Assembly: GCF_000315625.1 (NCBI RefSeq)
Contig: NW_005434620.1
Span: 185,631-249,630 of the forward strand
Length of the DNA: 64,000 nucleotides
Direction of reading: 5' to 3'
DNA from: Guillardia theta CCMP2712
Lineage: Eukaryota > Protista > Cryptophyta
Shown: piece after piece, positions 51,258-64,000 of the stretch
How the letters are laid out: every line of letters starts with the position of its first letter
Numbering within the stretch: position 1 is the first letter of the stretch
Notes under the pieces: generated by a model
Told to the model about the DNA's origin: nothing
What the model saw: only the letters and a program-made list of their open reading frames with translations
The model's database searches: none
Made by a program: the position numbers and the translations under genes

Positions 51258-53914
51258 TCACATGGTAGATTCAGGTTCGATTCTTCTGCCGCGGTTAATT
51301 TGTCCCCACCCAATGAGACGCCAATGCCTGCCACGGCTCAAGTCAGCAACAGGGTCAAACTCCGCGTGCACCGCCTCCCCCAACATCACTTGTTCCATCC
51401 CTCATCCACTCTGACAGCATCCCCATCCTCTCCTCCTCCTCCTCACTCACTTGTCAACACGGCGAGACAAGGCGATCTTCTCGCCCACCTGCCATGCTCA
51501 CGTCACATCTGGAAGCAGGTCATGTCAAGACAGACCTGCGTGCAAACCGGGACAGTCAATTCGATCTTGGCCAAGTCAGCCTTGACGGCCCTAACGTTTC
51601 CTCCAGTTGAGGTCGATCCGACGTTCACCTACACTTTCCGTGAGCACCTCCTCCACACACTCGCTCATTTTCCCCTCCCAACCTCCAACATATTGTCACC
51701 ACTATCTCCTCCTCCTCCTTTGATAGTTGCCCAGTCTCAGCATCATCGTGATAATCTGCCTCCTTTCTCCAGCGTCCCGCACTCCCTCCCTCTCCCTCCC
51801 TGCCTCCTCACCATCAAAATTTCTCCCTTAGTGAGCTTCTCAACTTTTCCAGCCTTCTTGTCTCCTTCCGTCTTCACGCCTGGTAGAGTTGTCAGCCTTC
51901 TCACGCAATCCACAGCTGCAGCCGACCGAGCAAGCGACGGAGAAGGAAGTAGTTGATCTCCAGGTCCGAGAAGATTTCAGGAAGCTTCCCCTTCTCGCCC
52001 AGAACCTGTGGACCATCTTTGAGTTCCAGCTATGTCAGCAACTTGACCTACTTGTCCGACAAGACGGTCAGCTCGAGACAGCGTCGGGTCGATCTTCGTG
52101 CCGACGCCGATGAGGCCGCCAGGTACAGCAAATTCGAGCTCGTTGTGCTCGGCAAACAGCGAAACGATGCGACTGAGGATAGGACGGCAGGTGACCTGAC
52201 GGTTGAAACAGTGAGGAAGCAAAGACCAAGAGACGGCAGGCGAGCAAGAGAGAAGGGCAAGGAGAGGCTTCACACCTTTCCCTCCTGATCCTTCTTGACA
52301 ATTCCTGGTCTGATCTCGATCTCCGCATGCTTCTTCAAGACACCACAGAGGATAGAACCTCCGGCCACTCCTCCTTTCAGGTCCTCCACCTCTTCTCTGT
52401 GAGCGATCGAGTCAAGCAGGAGAAGCCGAGAGGAGGAGGTCTGGCCTTACCCGGGCTTGTTGACGTCAAAGGAACGAATAATGATCATGCGAGGGTCGCT
52501 CGTGAAATCGCGGCTGGGGATGGGGATGCACTTGGCCATGTACTCGGCGACCTGCGGGAGGAGAAGGTGAGAGGCAGCAGGGACGAGCAGGGGGCAACTT
52601 ACAACGTCGATGTTGTAGCGAAGCTGAGCAGAGATGGGGATGATGGGAGACTTCTCGGCGACAGTGCCCTCGATGAAAGCCTTGATGTCATCGTACTGCA
52701 AGCAAGGGCTTGTCATGTCCGGGGTCGAGCCAAGTTGAGGCGAACCTGCTGGAGGGCCGCGCTCTCTTTGACAAGATCGATTTTGTTCTGAAGGATGATG
52801 ATGTTCTGCAGTTTCATGATTTCCACAGCAGCAAGATGCTCTGCAGTCTGCAGGCAGGCAGTCAGGCTCGGGAATAAGCGAAGGGAAGTAAATCGCAAGG
52901 AGGATCAGGTTCAGAGAGGATCGATCGCTACCTGGGGCTGAGGACAAGATTCATTGCCAGCGATGAGCAAGAGCGCAGCATCCATAACGGCAGCACCTGG
53001 ACCCGCAAGTCAGACGACGAGGCTGTCGAGCGAGAGTTGATTGGAGGGGAGGAAGAAGAGGAGATGGCAAGGACTTAGTGTTACCGTTAAGCATCGTAGC
53101 CATAAGAATGTCGTGCCCGGGACAATCAACGAACGAAACATGGCGAAGCAGCTCCCACTCCCCCTCAGACGCCTGTGACAACACCAAATGAGCCACTGGC
53201 AGATCCTATTCTATCTTCACTCACAGATTTGTCCAAAGATCCTGGACCAGTCTTGACTTCGTACTTGCACTTAGTGTCACCTGGCCTACAAGAACCGAGT
53301 TACAACGGGAACACAAAGCATGTGCTGTAAGAATGGCATCATCCACTGTGCTTACTTTCCAAGGGGCAGAATCACGCGCTTCTTATCGTCAAGGAAGGAA
53401 GAAGAGCCGAACGCCCTGTAGTGGCCCTGTAAATCCTGTCAGATGGCCCTGCATGCTCAAGGGACGACAGGAATACAGGTTTCTCGTCAGGGGGATTGAT
53501 GCGCTTGTAGATCTTCGCGTTGGCATAACCCAACTTGATGGTGATGTTACGCTCGAGCTCGTTCTTGAAACGAACGGTCTGATACGTTGATGATCAGTCA
53601 AATTACTCTCGATCCTCCTCTGAGCACAGTAAATCCTCACCATCACGCCGGACAAAGCCTTGACAACCGTTGACTTTCCGTGAGCAACGTGACCGATGGT
53701 TCCCACATTGATCGTTGCTTGACGGCTGTGACAGTGTCAAGTCAATCAATCAACTCCACAGCTTGAGCTGACCTGATGACTTCGGGGGTGAGAGGACTCA
53801 GCTCTTCTATCTTGAGCTTGCTCAAATCCTGAGGGAGAAGACCTCTGCACGCGATGAATTCAGTGCTTGCCAGGGTTATCGCAACAGAGACATCACCCAG
53901 TGATCTCCTCCTGT

Positions 53915-53946
<32 letters not shown>

Positions 53947-54000
53947 AACTTCAGGCTCCTTTTCAGCTTCTGCGCTTTCGACTTCTTTCTCCACGTCAGC
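51258..54000 (-). CDS. EIF2S3: Translation initiation factor eIF2 gamma subunit; start codon unresolved
   Basis: [81 protein letters not shown]. Confidence 0.98.
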
Positions 54001-54869
54001 CTATCAAGCGATGTCAGGGTGAGCCAAAGATGCCAGGCAAACGTGCAATAAACCAGATATCAATCTCAAAACACAAGAACGACCGAATTTGATTCATATG
54101 CAACCCCACCTCATTCGTGGTGCTCTGTTGCCATTTCAATCTATCTAGATTCTTGATCCTGTACCCTGAACCTAGCTTGAACGTGCGTGCTGCGCGCGGA
54201 TCGTATCTCTATCATCTTTCTTTAAAGCTGATTGGGTATAGATCTTGATGCCTTACACTTGTTGGGTCGAAGGCAGCACATCTACTGTGCTCCTATCTCT
54301 CCTCCTTGCCTCAAAGAAACTGCGCTCAGCCACGTGATCCTAAGAGCATGTTCCGGTTCCATTTCAACCCTCGATATCTCCTTCTCTATTATCATCGCGA
54401 GAACTTTCAGAATCTTACTATTCATTAAACCCTTGTATCTCCTCTCAGATCTGCCAATCACTTCCTATGCGAGCAATGTTTATCCGGATCTCAGCCTCAA
54501 TCTCGATGTCTCTTCGTCTCTTCACCTCCCTCCCTCACGGCATCCCTCCCTGACCTCCTTCCTTCCCACATCTGAACATGTCAGCCTCCTCAACGCATTC
54601 CGTGCCTGTTGCAGCTGTCCTTCCCCCATTCTTCCTTGTGAACTTCTGAACAAGTACCTGCACCTCTACTTTCTGTTCCCGCTCGGAGTTCGCTGCTGCG
54701 CTCCCTGCTCGCCTCCTCCATCACATCACATCATCTGCACTCAGCCTCCATCGTAGCCTGTACTCTCACCGCAGCTGCCTCCTCCCTCCCTCCTCCCTCC
54801 CTTCGCTCCTCTGCACTTCCCACCCATTTCACTTACCATTGCGAACCGCACGAGGAACCCACGTCAACC

Positions 54870-55580
54870 AAACCCTCTACCCCTACCCTAATACCGATAA
54901 CCCCCACCCCCAAGTGGGATGTCCTGAAGCACTACCCTGACTTATATAGGGGTATAACAATAGTAAACCACCCCTCTTTGTACCCCACCCATGTCCTTCT
55001 CTGCACCACCGTACCCATTCTTTACCTTGTAACACATTGTCCACCCCCGATATTCTAGGGAAAAACCACCCTAGTGTAACATTACCCCTACGAAACTTCA
55101 AGTACCCCTCAAATATTCATATTCTTTTCCTTATGTGCACCCGTACTTTCCCGTTGATGTGATAACCCACCCCTGGCATTGCTACTGGACACTTTGTTAC
55201 CCCATACTTCCCCATTTTTTTTGGGAATTCTCGGGGTAGGTATGAGCACCTACCTTTTACTCAATAACAAGTGGGGTAGTCAGCCAAACAAGTGAAGTAC
55301 CCACATATTGCCTGTATTTGGAAGGGGTACATTCGGGAGAATTAAATACTACCCGTACTTTTTTCAATGAAAAGGGGTGGAATTACCCCACGGGGTTGTA
55401 CCGACCCCCCTGTAGGATATGTTTTTTATTTGAAGTACCCGTACTCCAGGAACGAAGAAGATCACCCGTCTATTTGAGTGCGGATATACCCCTCCATCCA
55501 GGCTCAACAAGGCAGAGGGCTTTTCCGTACCGCTGAACCAAACTAAAATAGTACATTTAAAAATGGACCCCACCTAGATA
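54870..55580. promoter_or_regulatory. TACCCC/GTACCC-dense non-coding block upstream of eIF2-gamma
   Basis: Dense GTACCC/ACCCC/GGGGTA motifs, followed by an AT-rich block at 55580-55850. Confidence 0.45.
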
Positions 55581-56143
55581 ATAATCAATGAAATCTCTCT
55601 CATCACAAGGGGTATATCCTCTGCTCCGGAAATAGCTCACAGCTTATAAAACATTGATTGTGAGAATTGATACAAAAATAAAACTATGTTGAAGTATTCT
55701 TTGTATAACAGATAATTTAAACTTTCATGAACAATCAAAAACCAGGGTGGATTTAATAACTACTTTTCAATAATTTTGTACCAGTCAGAGGAAGTGTGTA
55801 CAGTATTTTGTAATATAATAAAAGTAGTATTGTTGTCTTGTACCGAGAGGGATCATCCCGTACTGTGCCCGATTTAGAGAATTCTCCCCTTATAGCCTCG
55901 ACCCCCACCTCTCCCGTCCAACACAGCAGGTGATGCACATCTCCGATCATGAAGCTGAAATGCGAGGCTTCTTACTGCGACCCTATGCTCCCTCTCCCTT
56001 CCTGATTAAACATAACTGTCTTCTCGTCCCTCTGTTCTGTCTCCTGTTTATGTACCCTGTTGTCTGTTCTTCTTGCTCTTCATATACGATTGCGCAAATT
56101 GTCGTTGGAGGTTGAACATGTATTGACTGTTCTTGCAGCAGCA

Positions 56144-56260
56144 ATGTTTCAGTCCCTCTGGATGTGGCGTCAGGAGTACCAGCACCATGAGCAGCTCCCC
56201 CTTGCCTTCAACGGCACCTGGCCCTCATGGAACTCTGACCTCGACAACCGCCCCTGGTAA
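56144..56260 (+). CDS. Putative 38-aa micro-protein MFQSLWMWRQEYQHHEQLPLAFNGTWPSWNSDLDNRPW
   Basis: ATG in GCAGCAATG context just after a TTGAC..TTGCAG acceptor-like site; mostly C/G-ending codons in more AT-rich surroundings. Confidence 0.55.
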   Translation: MFQSLWMWRQEYQHHEQLPLAFNGTWPSWNSDLDNRPW

Positions 56261-56379
56261 ACACCGAAGGTCAAGAGGCCGTAGATGTCGACGAAAGTAG
56301 ACTGAGACGGTCTGATGTGGAATATTATTTATCATCCCAATAAACTTTTTTGACTTCAAGATTGGTTTATGCTCATATT

Positions 56380-59205
56380 CTATGCGGTTTTCTGTGCGAT
56401 CTGTTCTTCTATAACCTGGAGTAGCTCCATGCACCTGGCGACAAGCGGGTCCTCAGTCGTGAGATCGACTCTCTTAGCCTGCATGAGAAGGTCTTGAACA
56501 GCGGTGAGGGTGAACATAATGTTGTCATGCTCCTTGGTGACCAGCACCATCATCTTGGATCGAACCTTCTCCTGCGCCTGCATCTTTTCTCTGACTTCGG
56601 CCAGTCGCTGAACGATTTCATGAGCAAGCTCGTACTCCTGCAGACGGAACCGAAAGATCTCCTGCTCCCCTCTCTCACTGACGAAGCAGCAGACAGCACG
56701 TACCTCGTGGGCTTGTTCGAGAGCCTCCAGCGTGTCTTCCTCCAGCGCATCTGCCGTGATATAAGGTGCAGCCGATGATGAAGAAGAGGACAGGAGGAAG
56801 AGGAGGAGGAGTTCAGAAAGCTGACCTCGCATCCTCTTGAAGACTTGCTGAAGGTTCGCGTTGAATTCTCTGTTGTGGATGAGCAACAGGGCAAGAGGGA
56901 GGGACTAGGTCACTTGACTCTGTGGATGTCCCACTTGGAGATCCAGGGAGGGAGTTCCGCCATGCTTTCCTCCTGCAACTTCTTGCGCTCCTGCTCTCGT
57001 GGCGTCAGGCAGGCAGGCAGCAGCCATCCAACCTTGCGAGCTTTAGCCGCCAGCAGAAGCGGATCGAAGTCTAGCTTGTCGAAATCAACTGAAGTGAATA
57101 TGTCTCACCCTCCTCCTCCTCCTCCTCCTCTCCCCCTTCTCTCTCGCACTCGCACCTTTGAGGTTCACTGCGATGCTGGAAGCTCCCCCCCCTCTCCGAG
57201 TGAGCTGGTGCCAACCTTGAAGGGAAGGCTGCTTCTCGAGCTTCCTGACCTGACAGACCGACAAGCGTCATCAGCTTGCTTCCTGTCCAGCTAGCGTCCA
57301 CCGGCAGCTGGACCATCCCGACGGGCTTGTAGAAGCCCTCGAGATCCATGACCATGACCTGCCGCCACGTCATCAGCTGAAACATGACAAGCTCTCTGCC
57401 GTCACCTCCAGCTCGATAATGGACTCGACGCCTCGCACGTTGAACTTGAAGCTGCTCTCCCACTGCTCGTGTCAGCCTGGACATGCCAACAGCAGCGTCA
57501 CCCGCGGCTTCAGCGTGCGAGCAACGACGTCGCGCGTGTACTGATTGGGGGTCTTGTCCTCGAAGTCCTGGACGCGAGAACCAGGTCAGAGCATGCGAGG
57601 CGGCGGGGGAAGGAGCACAGGTTTGCTCGTTTGAATGGTCGGGAAGACTCGGATATGGACGAACGAATCTGCGCCTGAAGCAGGAGGAGATGTCAGACAG
57701 AGACAGGAAGGGGGAGGAGGCTGACCGTGATGGTCGTCGACCTTGTTGATCCCCCGAGCTTCGACCACTAGCAACTGAAGAACGTCAGAGGTCATGCAGG
57801 CAGGAGGAGAAAGTCACATCAACAGTGCCGTAGGTCTCAACGCCCCCAGCCCCGCTGATCTCCTTGTTCCTGTCATCTATCATCTTGCTCTTGGCCGAGA
57901 TCGCCGAGGATCGTAGCAGCCCGACGGTATTGTCCAGCTCCTGAGGAGGAGACGTCAGTCACAGCCTCTTGCTCCTCCTCATACGCAGTCACCTGATTCT
58001 CTTTGGTCAGAGCCGACCACATCTCCGAGCTCCTCGGGTCCAAGTTGAGCCTCACGCGGTTCCCCTCCCTCGCGTTGCTCGTTGACTTGGCGTCTCCTCT
58101 CGACTTGCTTGAGTCCGCTTGCGCTCCTTCTCCCGCAGCTGCCTCCTCTAGGTCCAGCTCCTGCGTCCTCACGTGAGGCAACGGAGAGGTTCCTACCGAG
58201 CCACCTCTTCGATATCCGCTGCAGCCTCGTCATCCGGCAGCTCCTGGGGAGCTGCTGGGCTCTGAAAGATCTCCTTATCCAGCTCCACAGCGTCTGTCGC
58301 CTGTAAGACGGTCAGAGGCGTCAAGGAGGGTCATCGGCCACCGGCTTCCTCGACCCCTTGGAAGAGACTCGCTTGAACTTGTCCTCCTCCCCCTCCTCCC
58401 CCTCCCCCCCTGTGGTTCGATCAGCAAGATCGTTGAATCGACTGCTCGCACCTGCTGATGGCGCTTGCTCGGTCTGATAGTAGGGGAGCACCTGAGGGGA
58501 GGGGGCGCGGTCGGGGCCTCTCCTCCTCTCCCTCAGCTTCCTCCACTCAGCGGCTGCTCGGCTTGGCTTCGGCAACCTGACGAGCATCCAAGTCAGACAA
58601 CGGGCAACATGCGCGGATACTGACATGCGGCGAGAGGAGACGGACAGGCGCTGGAGCTCCTGCTCCTCCTCCTTGAGCGAGGGGGCTGGGGTGCTGGCAA
58701 CGCTGTCGAGCTTGTGACTGGACATCCTCTTGACCGCAGGCTTCGGCGCCTCCTCTGCCTTGCTCGCTGTTGGCGTCTGACTTGGCGCCTCGTCGATCTT
58801 GTCGGTCAGGACGTCTGCGAGCTGCTCGCGGGTGGTGGCGGACCAGTTCACGTCACCGTTGAGGATGTCTCGGATGTCGTCAGGGCAGATCTCAAGGAAG
58901 TCGCTCGTCCACACGAGGAAGATCACTTGCTTCTTCAGGTTGTTAACCTCCGACCGCACGAACCTGAACGCCTCCCACTTGGGGATGCGAACGGACGACA
59001 CGTCGATGATGTACAACATGACGCTCGCGTCCTCCGACGTCTCCTTCAGCTCCTCGAGGTCTGAGGCAAGGACGGGGAGAACCTCCTTCCCCTGCAGGAT
59101 CGTCTGAACCTCCTGCACCAGCCCCCCCTCCTTGAGCTCGCGCTCCTCGGCGAAGATGCAGAGCTTCTTCAGCGTCTGCTTCTTCCTGCGAAAGAACCTG
59201 AACAT
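56380..59205 (-). CDS. Protein with N-terminal alpha/beta domain, central C2 domain and C-terminal coiled coil
   Basis: C2 motifs across exons: LLVVEARGI, ADSFVHIRV, WESSFKFNV, VMVMDLEGFYKPVGMVQLP. Ends AQKTA*. Confidence 0.7.
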
Positions 59206-59349
59206 GGCGCTCCTGCTTCAGCTTGCAGCCCCGAGGAGCGAGTTTGCTGCCATCCTCTTCCTCACATCGCTGCTGGTAGCAACAGGATTGCTGCGAACAC
59301 CATGTGGACAGTGAATATGGAGGAGGGAGAGGGAGGGAGAGGGAAGAAG

Positions 59350-59472
59350 AGGAGAGGACGAGAGGACGAGAGGACGAGAGGACGAGAGGACGAGAGGACG
59401 AGAGGACGAGAGGACGAGAGGACGAGAGGACGAGAGGACGAGAGGACGAGAGGACGAGAGGACGAGAGGACG
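59350..59472. repeat. (GAGAGGAC)n octamer repeat
   Basis: Read directly from sequence. Confidence 0.9.
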
Positions 59473-59825
59473 AGGAGTAGGAGGGGTGCAGCAGCGTCGA
59501 AGGATGCGGGAAAGGGAGCTCCAGGTATTTTTAAGGTATTGGAACTTCGGGTAGGGAGGGCCGTTAAATCTGGGAGGGGAGGGGAAGGCAGGGGAGGGGA
59601 GAGGGAGGCAGGGGGAGGCAGTGGGGGGAGGGAGGAGTGGGAGGAGGACGGGGAGTATGAGAGGAGTAGGGACAGGAAGGCAGGGAAGCGGGATGAAAGC
59701 AGATGTGGGAGCGAGAGGGAGAAGTGACAGAAGTTGTCACATAATGCAAGAGGACAAGAATGATGGAGGAGGATGCGAGGGAGGAGTCAGGCATGCAGCA
59801 TGTAACATGCAGTATGTAGAATCTT

Positions 59826-62800
59826 TCAACAAGTCGTCAGATGGAGGAGCAATGCGTTGAAGTCCTCTTTCATTCTTAATGTAGCATGCTCTATGTACAA
59901 CATCAAGACACACGATCTTGTTCGCAAGTCGCCTGTACGACTCTCCTCATCGACCTTGTATCCTGCTGGTCGTGAGCCCATGGAGCACAAGCATGAAGAT
60001 GACTTCACCTGTGAACGAGGGAGGAGGAGACGGAGAAATCCTTGCGCCTTGACCCATGAGAGTCACTCGACTCCGCCTGACGCAGGGACCTGTAGCTAGG
60101 ACGATTGCTGCTGTTGCCATAGTCCTCGAAGATAGTGATCTCCGGGAGAGACGTGATGTGCAACGAGTCCAACAAGCTCTCCTCTCCCTTCCTCTCCTCC
60201 TCCTGGTCTGCCATGAAAGTCAGGCGAGCTTGTCTTGTCACCGTATCCCTCACCTGACTTCTCACCGTCTTCTTCTGTCTCGCTTGTGCTCTGTCCTCGC
60301 TCGTGTTGTGCCTCTACAACCCGAATCGCCGCTGACTCTCCTCGCTCGTTGTCATGTGGCCTTGTCCTCGTCTGCGTCTTGGGGTTGACTGGCTTGACGG
60401 CAGTTGACTTCTTGTCGCCTCCACCCGCATGTCTTGTTCCCTCTTTCTCCTCCGGCGACTCCTTGACAGGAGAAGCGAGACTGGAACCCCTGCTGGGGGG
60501 ACGGAGGCTGGTCTTGGGAGGAGGAGACTTTGCGATCTGGAACGAAGAAGGTTGCAAGAGGAAGGTTATGATGAGAAAGAAGGTGAGAGGAGAGGAGAGG
60601 TGAAGCTATAGTCTCTCACCTCCTGTACAGCTTTGAGGATCTCCGTCTTGAACCTCACTAGCTGCTCGTTCATGGCGCGCATCTCACGCTGACAGCAGGA
60701 AATTGATTCGAAGGCGAGGAGGAGGGAGAGAAACAAGAGAAACATACCTGAGCGATGAAACTTCCTTTCTCTGAGTCCATTCTGAACGATCCCCTCATTC
60801 CTGAAGCGATGATGATTGATGGAACATATACAATTGAACAATCACCAGACGTTCCTTTGTTTTCGCGCTCGAAGAACAAGTTTTGACCGTAGAGATTGTT
60901 TGCTAGTCGTTTGCATCTGAACATGCTTCAGCAATCAACACCAACTCTGTCTGCAGCTTGCCTGTCCATCTCATGTGGGAACTCGTGCAACGCGAGGAGA
61001 AACTCTTTGCGCTCGAGGAAGAGGAGCTCGCAGCAGGCGCACGCCTGACCCTCTTTCGTCAAACCCTCAGGTCGAACCCTCTCCTCCTCCCTCCTCCCTC
61101 CTCCCTCCTCCCTCCTCCCTCCTCCCTCCTCCCTCCTCCCTCCTCCCTCCTCCCTCCTCCCTCCTCCTTCCTCCCTCCTCAGGACGTTCCTGCACATGAT
61201 AAGGCCACTTGGTTTCCTCCATGAGCGCCTGTTCTCCCATGAGCTCTCCTTCCTCCTTGAAGCCAACCTCCAGCTCTCGTCAAGCTCAGCCCGGGCACGA
61301 GAAGCGGAGTACCTCGTAGAGAGAAACTTTCATGCTGCTCGCCTTCTGCTCTGCCGGCACCTCGTTGTTGCTCCACGCGTTCTTTGCGTCTGCCTTGTCG
61401 TCAGAGGCTGAGAGGTGAGGTGAGAAAATGTACGTGAGTAGTTGAGGAGCCGAACTTGTCCTCGAGCTAAGAGGTAAACTCCATCGCACTTGTCGCAAAA
61501 CCGGTCAAAGTCACAAGATCGCGATGCGTTCTTCACCTTGTCATCTTTGAGTGCAAGCATGTCCTTGGAGACGCAGTAGATGGACTGATGGACTCGTCAA
61601 CAAGCAGCACTCGCACACCTCCCAAGACCTGCACGACATTCGACAGACGTCGAACACACTCGCTATCCATGCCCTTCAACAAGATGATGAGGAGAAGAGC
61701 AAGCAGAGGAGCAGGAAGCGGCTCAGACGCTGCGATGGAGTCGAGGAGAAGAAAGGGGAACGGGCAGGGGGAGGAGCAACCTGAAAGTATGGCACACGAG
61801 AGACAAGAGCGATGGATCGAAAAAGAGCCTAAGGGAACAAAACGATGAGCGGTATGACAATGATTGTCATAAGAAGGAGGGGGACATGAGGAGGAGGAGG
61901 AAAAGGAGAAGAATGACAGGAGCAGGAGCAGCAGGAGCAGGAGCAGGAGGAGCAGGAGGAGCAGGAGGAGGAGAGAGGAGGAGGATATTTTAAGAGCATT
62001 ACCATGTTTGATTGTGCTCCATGGGACAAGCTCCCTGGACAACGATGAGGGTGAATTGCGATGAGACGTTCATACCAATGATCTCAGACTCGTCGAGAAG
62101 TTGATTGGTCTGCCATCGCCAAGCACACTGAGATGAGAGGAAGGAGTCAGCAAAACAAACAAAAAATCATGTGTGCTATGATGAAACAAGGCTTTCTCCT
62201 CAGCTCCAGCTCCTTCTCACCTGTTCCAGCAGCGATCGTTTCAACTCTTTCGGCAGATTTCGAAACCTCGAGTAGTTGAGAATCCGCTGGAGCTGAGAAA
62301 CAGGACGAGTTAGGACTGGTTCGCCCTATTCGACGCGAGTTAAGTCTGACGTACGACGGACCTGAAGCTGAAACCTCGCGTTCTCACGGTTTCTGACGTG
62401 CATGAGGTCTGTGCAGACTGACAGTGCGTAGGTCTTGACGCCAACGAGTCAACTTGACTTTGACAAGCCGCAACAGTCACCATGAACGCGACGCCCAACC
62501 ATGTGACGAAGATGGAGTAGGAGACTTCGAGAGGAGATCTGAAAGCAGAAGCTGAGAAGAGCTGGGAAGGCGAGAGAAGAGAGCTGAGAAGAGCTGGGAA
62601 AGTGAGGGATCAGAAGCCTTTCACACCTGATGACCAAGTCGCCGTTGCCGAGTAGACACAAAACTTGCGAGGCGAACTTCAAAGCATGTGCGTACCTGAA
62701 AGAAGTCAAGATGCAAATGTGACGAGCTGCTAAGAAGAAGGAGAGGAAGTTGATCGATGAAAGGAGACGGGAAATGGAGAGGACAAAGAAGAGGAAGGAA

Positions 62801-63790
62801 AACTGAGAACGGAGACGAGGAGGAGGAGTAGGAGGAGGAGGAGAGAGGGAAAAAGAGGAGGAGGAGAAAGAGGAAGAGAACTTTATCATGGGGTGTTGTG
62901 TCGACAGGTCGTTGAGCTCAAGCCACTAACTCTTCTGTCANNNNNNNNNNNNNNNNNNNNNNNNNNNNNNNNNNNNNNNNNNNNNNNNNNNNNNNNNNNN
63001 NNNNNNNNNNNNNNNNNNNNNNNNNNNNNNNNNNNNNNNNNNNNNNNNNNNNNNNNNNNNNNNNNNNNNNNNNNNNNNNNNNNNNNNNNNNNNNNNNNNN
63101 NNNNNNNNNNNNNNNNNNNNNNNNNNNNNNNNNNNNNNNNNNNNNNNNNNNNNNNNNNNNNNNNNNNNNNNNNNNNNNNNNNNNNNNNNNNNNNNCCTCC
63201 TCCTCCTCCGCCCTCCTCCTCCTCCTCCTCCTCCTCCTCCTCCTCCTCCTCCTCCTCCTCCTCCTCCTCCTCCTCTTCCTCCCTTCTCTTCTCTTCCCGC
63301 TATTCTTCTTCCCACTACTACTTCCCTTTCCCCGTTCCAATGCTCTCTTGCACCCGCTCCCCGTCCTCCCTGTCACCCCTCCTCCCCCTGCACCTGATCG
63401 AAGGGTCGGACAAGAACGCAAGCCCGCAAGCCACCCAGTGGCACATGATAATGTAGACGGTAACCACCTGGAAGAGAAGGGCGAGAGCTCAGTACATGAG
63501 GAGCGAAACGGATGATCGACATGTCGACCAGCCGAGGAGGGCGATAACAGGAGCAGCAGCAGAAGCGACAGGAAACCATTCCGAAAGGAGGGGGGGAGAG
63601 GAGGAGGAGGAGGAGGAGGAGCACCAGCACCAGCCGGAGAAAGCACCTGGAGGTAGATCCATCGCTGACGTATGTTGGTAGAGACTGTGCTGGCCTGCTC
63701 GTGGGATGAGTTTCAACTAGGGGACTCACATCCTGTCACGTAGAAGTTGTAGAGCTTGCGGAAGCGATAAATGCGAAGAGCCTTGCCTGT
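59826..63790 (-). CDS. Large multi-exon hypothetical protein; may extend past the window end and spans an N gap
   Basis: Many short exons with GT-AG borders (KALRIYRFRKLYNFY; YAHALKFASQVLCLLG; SCDFDRFCDKCD; REMRAMNEQLVRFKTEILKAVQE). No family recognised. Confidence 0.4.
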
Positions 63791-64000
63791 GAAGATAAAA
63801 AGGAGGAGAGGAGGAGAGAGAACAAGGAGGAGAGAGAAGAAGAAGGGAGAAGAAGGGAGAAGGAGGGAGAAGGAGGGAGAAGGAGGGGACAAAAGAAAAG
63901 TAGAAGTCAGTAACTTCATGATGAGTTGTTTCACCAAATATTCACCGAGTTTTGAAAGTTTGAAGAAACGAATGAGAGTCGTACTTGTGTTTTGCTGTTA

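Overview
Gene-dense eukaryotic nuclear DNA with many ~45-55 nt spliceosomal introns, long GAG/CCT microsatellites and four N gaps. Two genes have signal-peptide-plus-Phe bipartite leaders (SSF, DAF), so the source is probably a secondary-plastid alga; a cryptophyte such as Guillardia is my inference, not proven. Confident genes: USP deubiquitinase, gamma-glutamylcyclotransferase, RRM/RS protein, voltage-sensor/class III nucleotide cyclase fusion, METTL21-type methyltransferase, LYR protein, mitochondrial ATP synthase gamma and eIF2-gamma. Most notable observations: (1) a hAT-transposase-derived gene with four tandem extended BED-type zinc fingers and no catalytic core; (2) a Paramecium/Plasmodium-type channel-cyclase with a large Cys-rich S5-S6 loop and a substituted catalytic Asn; (3) an apparent YkgJ(CxxCxxCC)-DUF1415 fusion, head-to-head with a plastid-targeted DEP-domain membrane protein; (4) a ~700 bp foldback; (5) a recurring modular intergenic grammar (TACCCC, AT/TGTACCA and CCGG/CGGAAGT blocks) on the 5' side of most genes; (6) a 38-aa micro-ORF; (7) three single-base frameshifts in 4-nt homopolymers. 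Exon boundaries were read by eye and are approximate.
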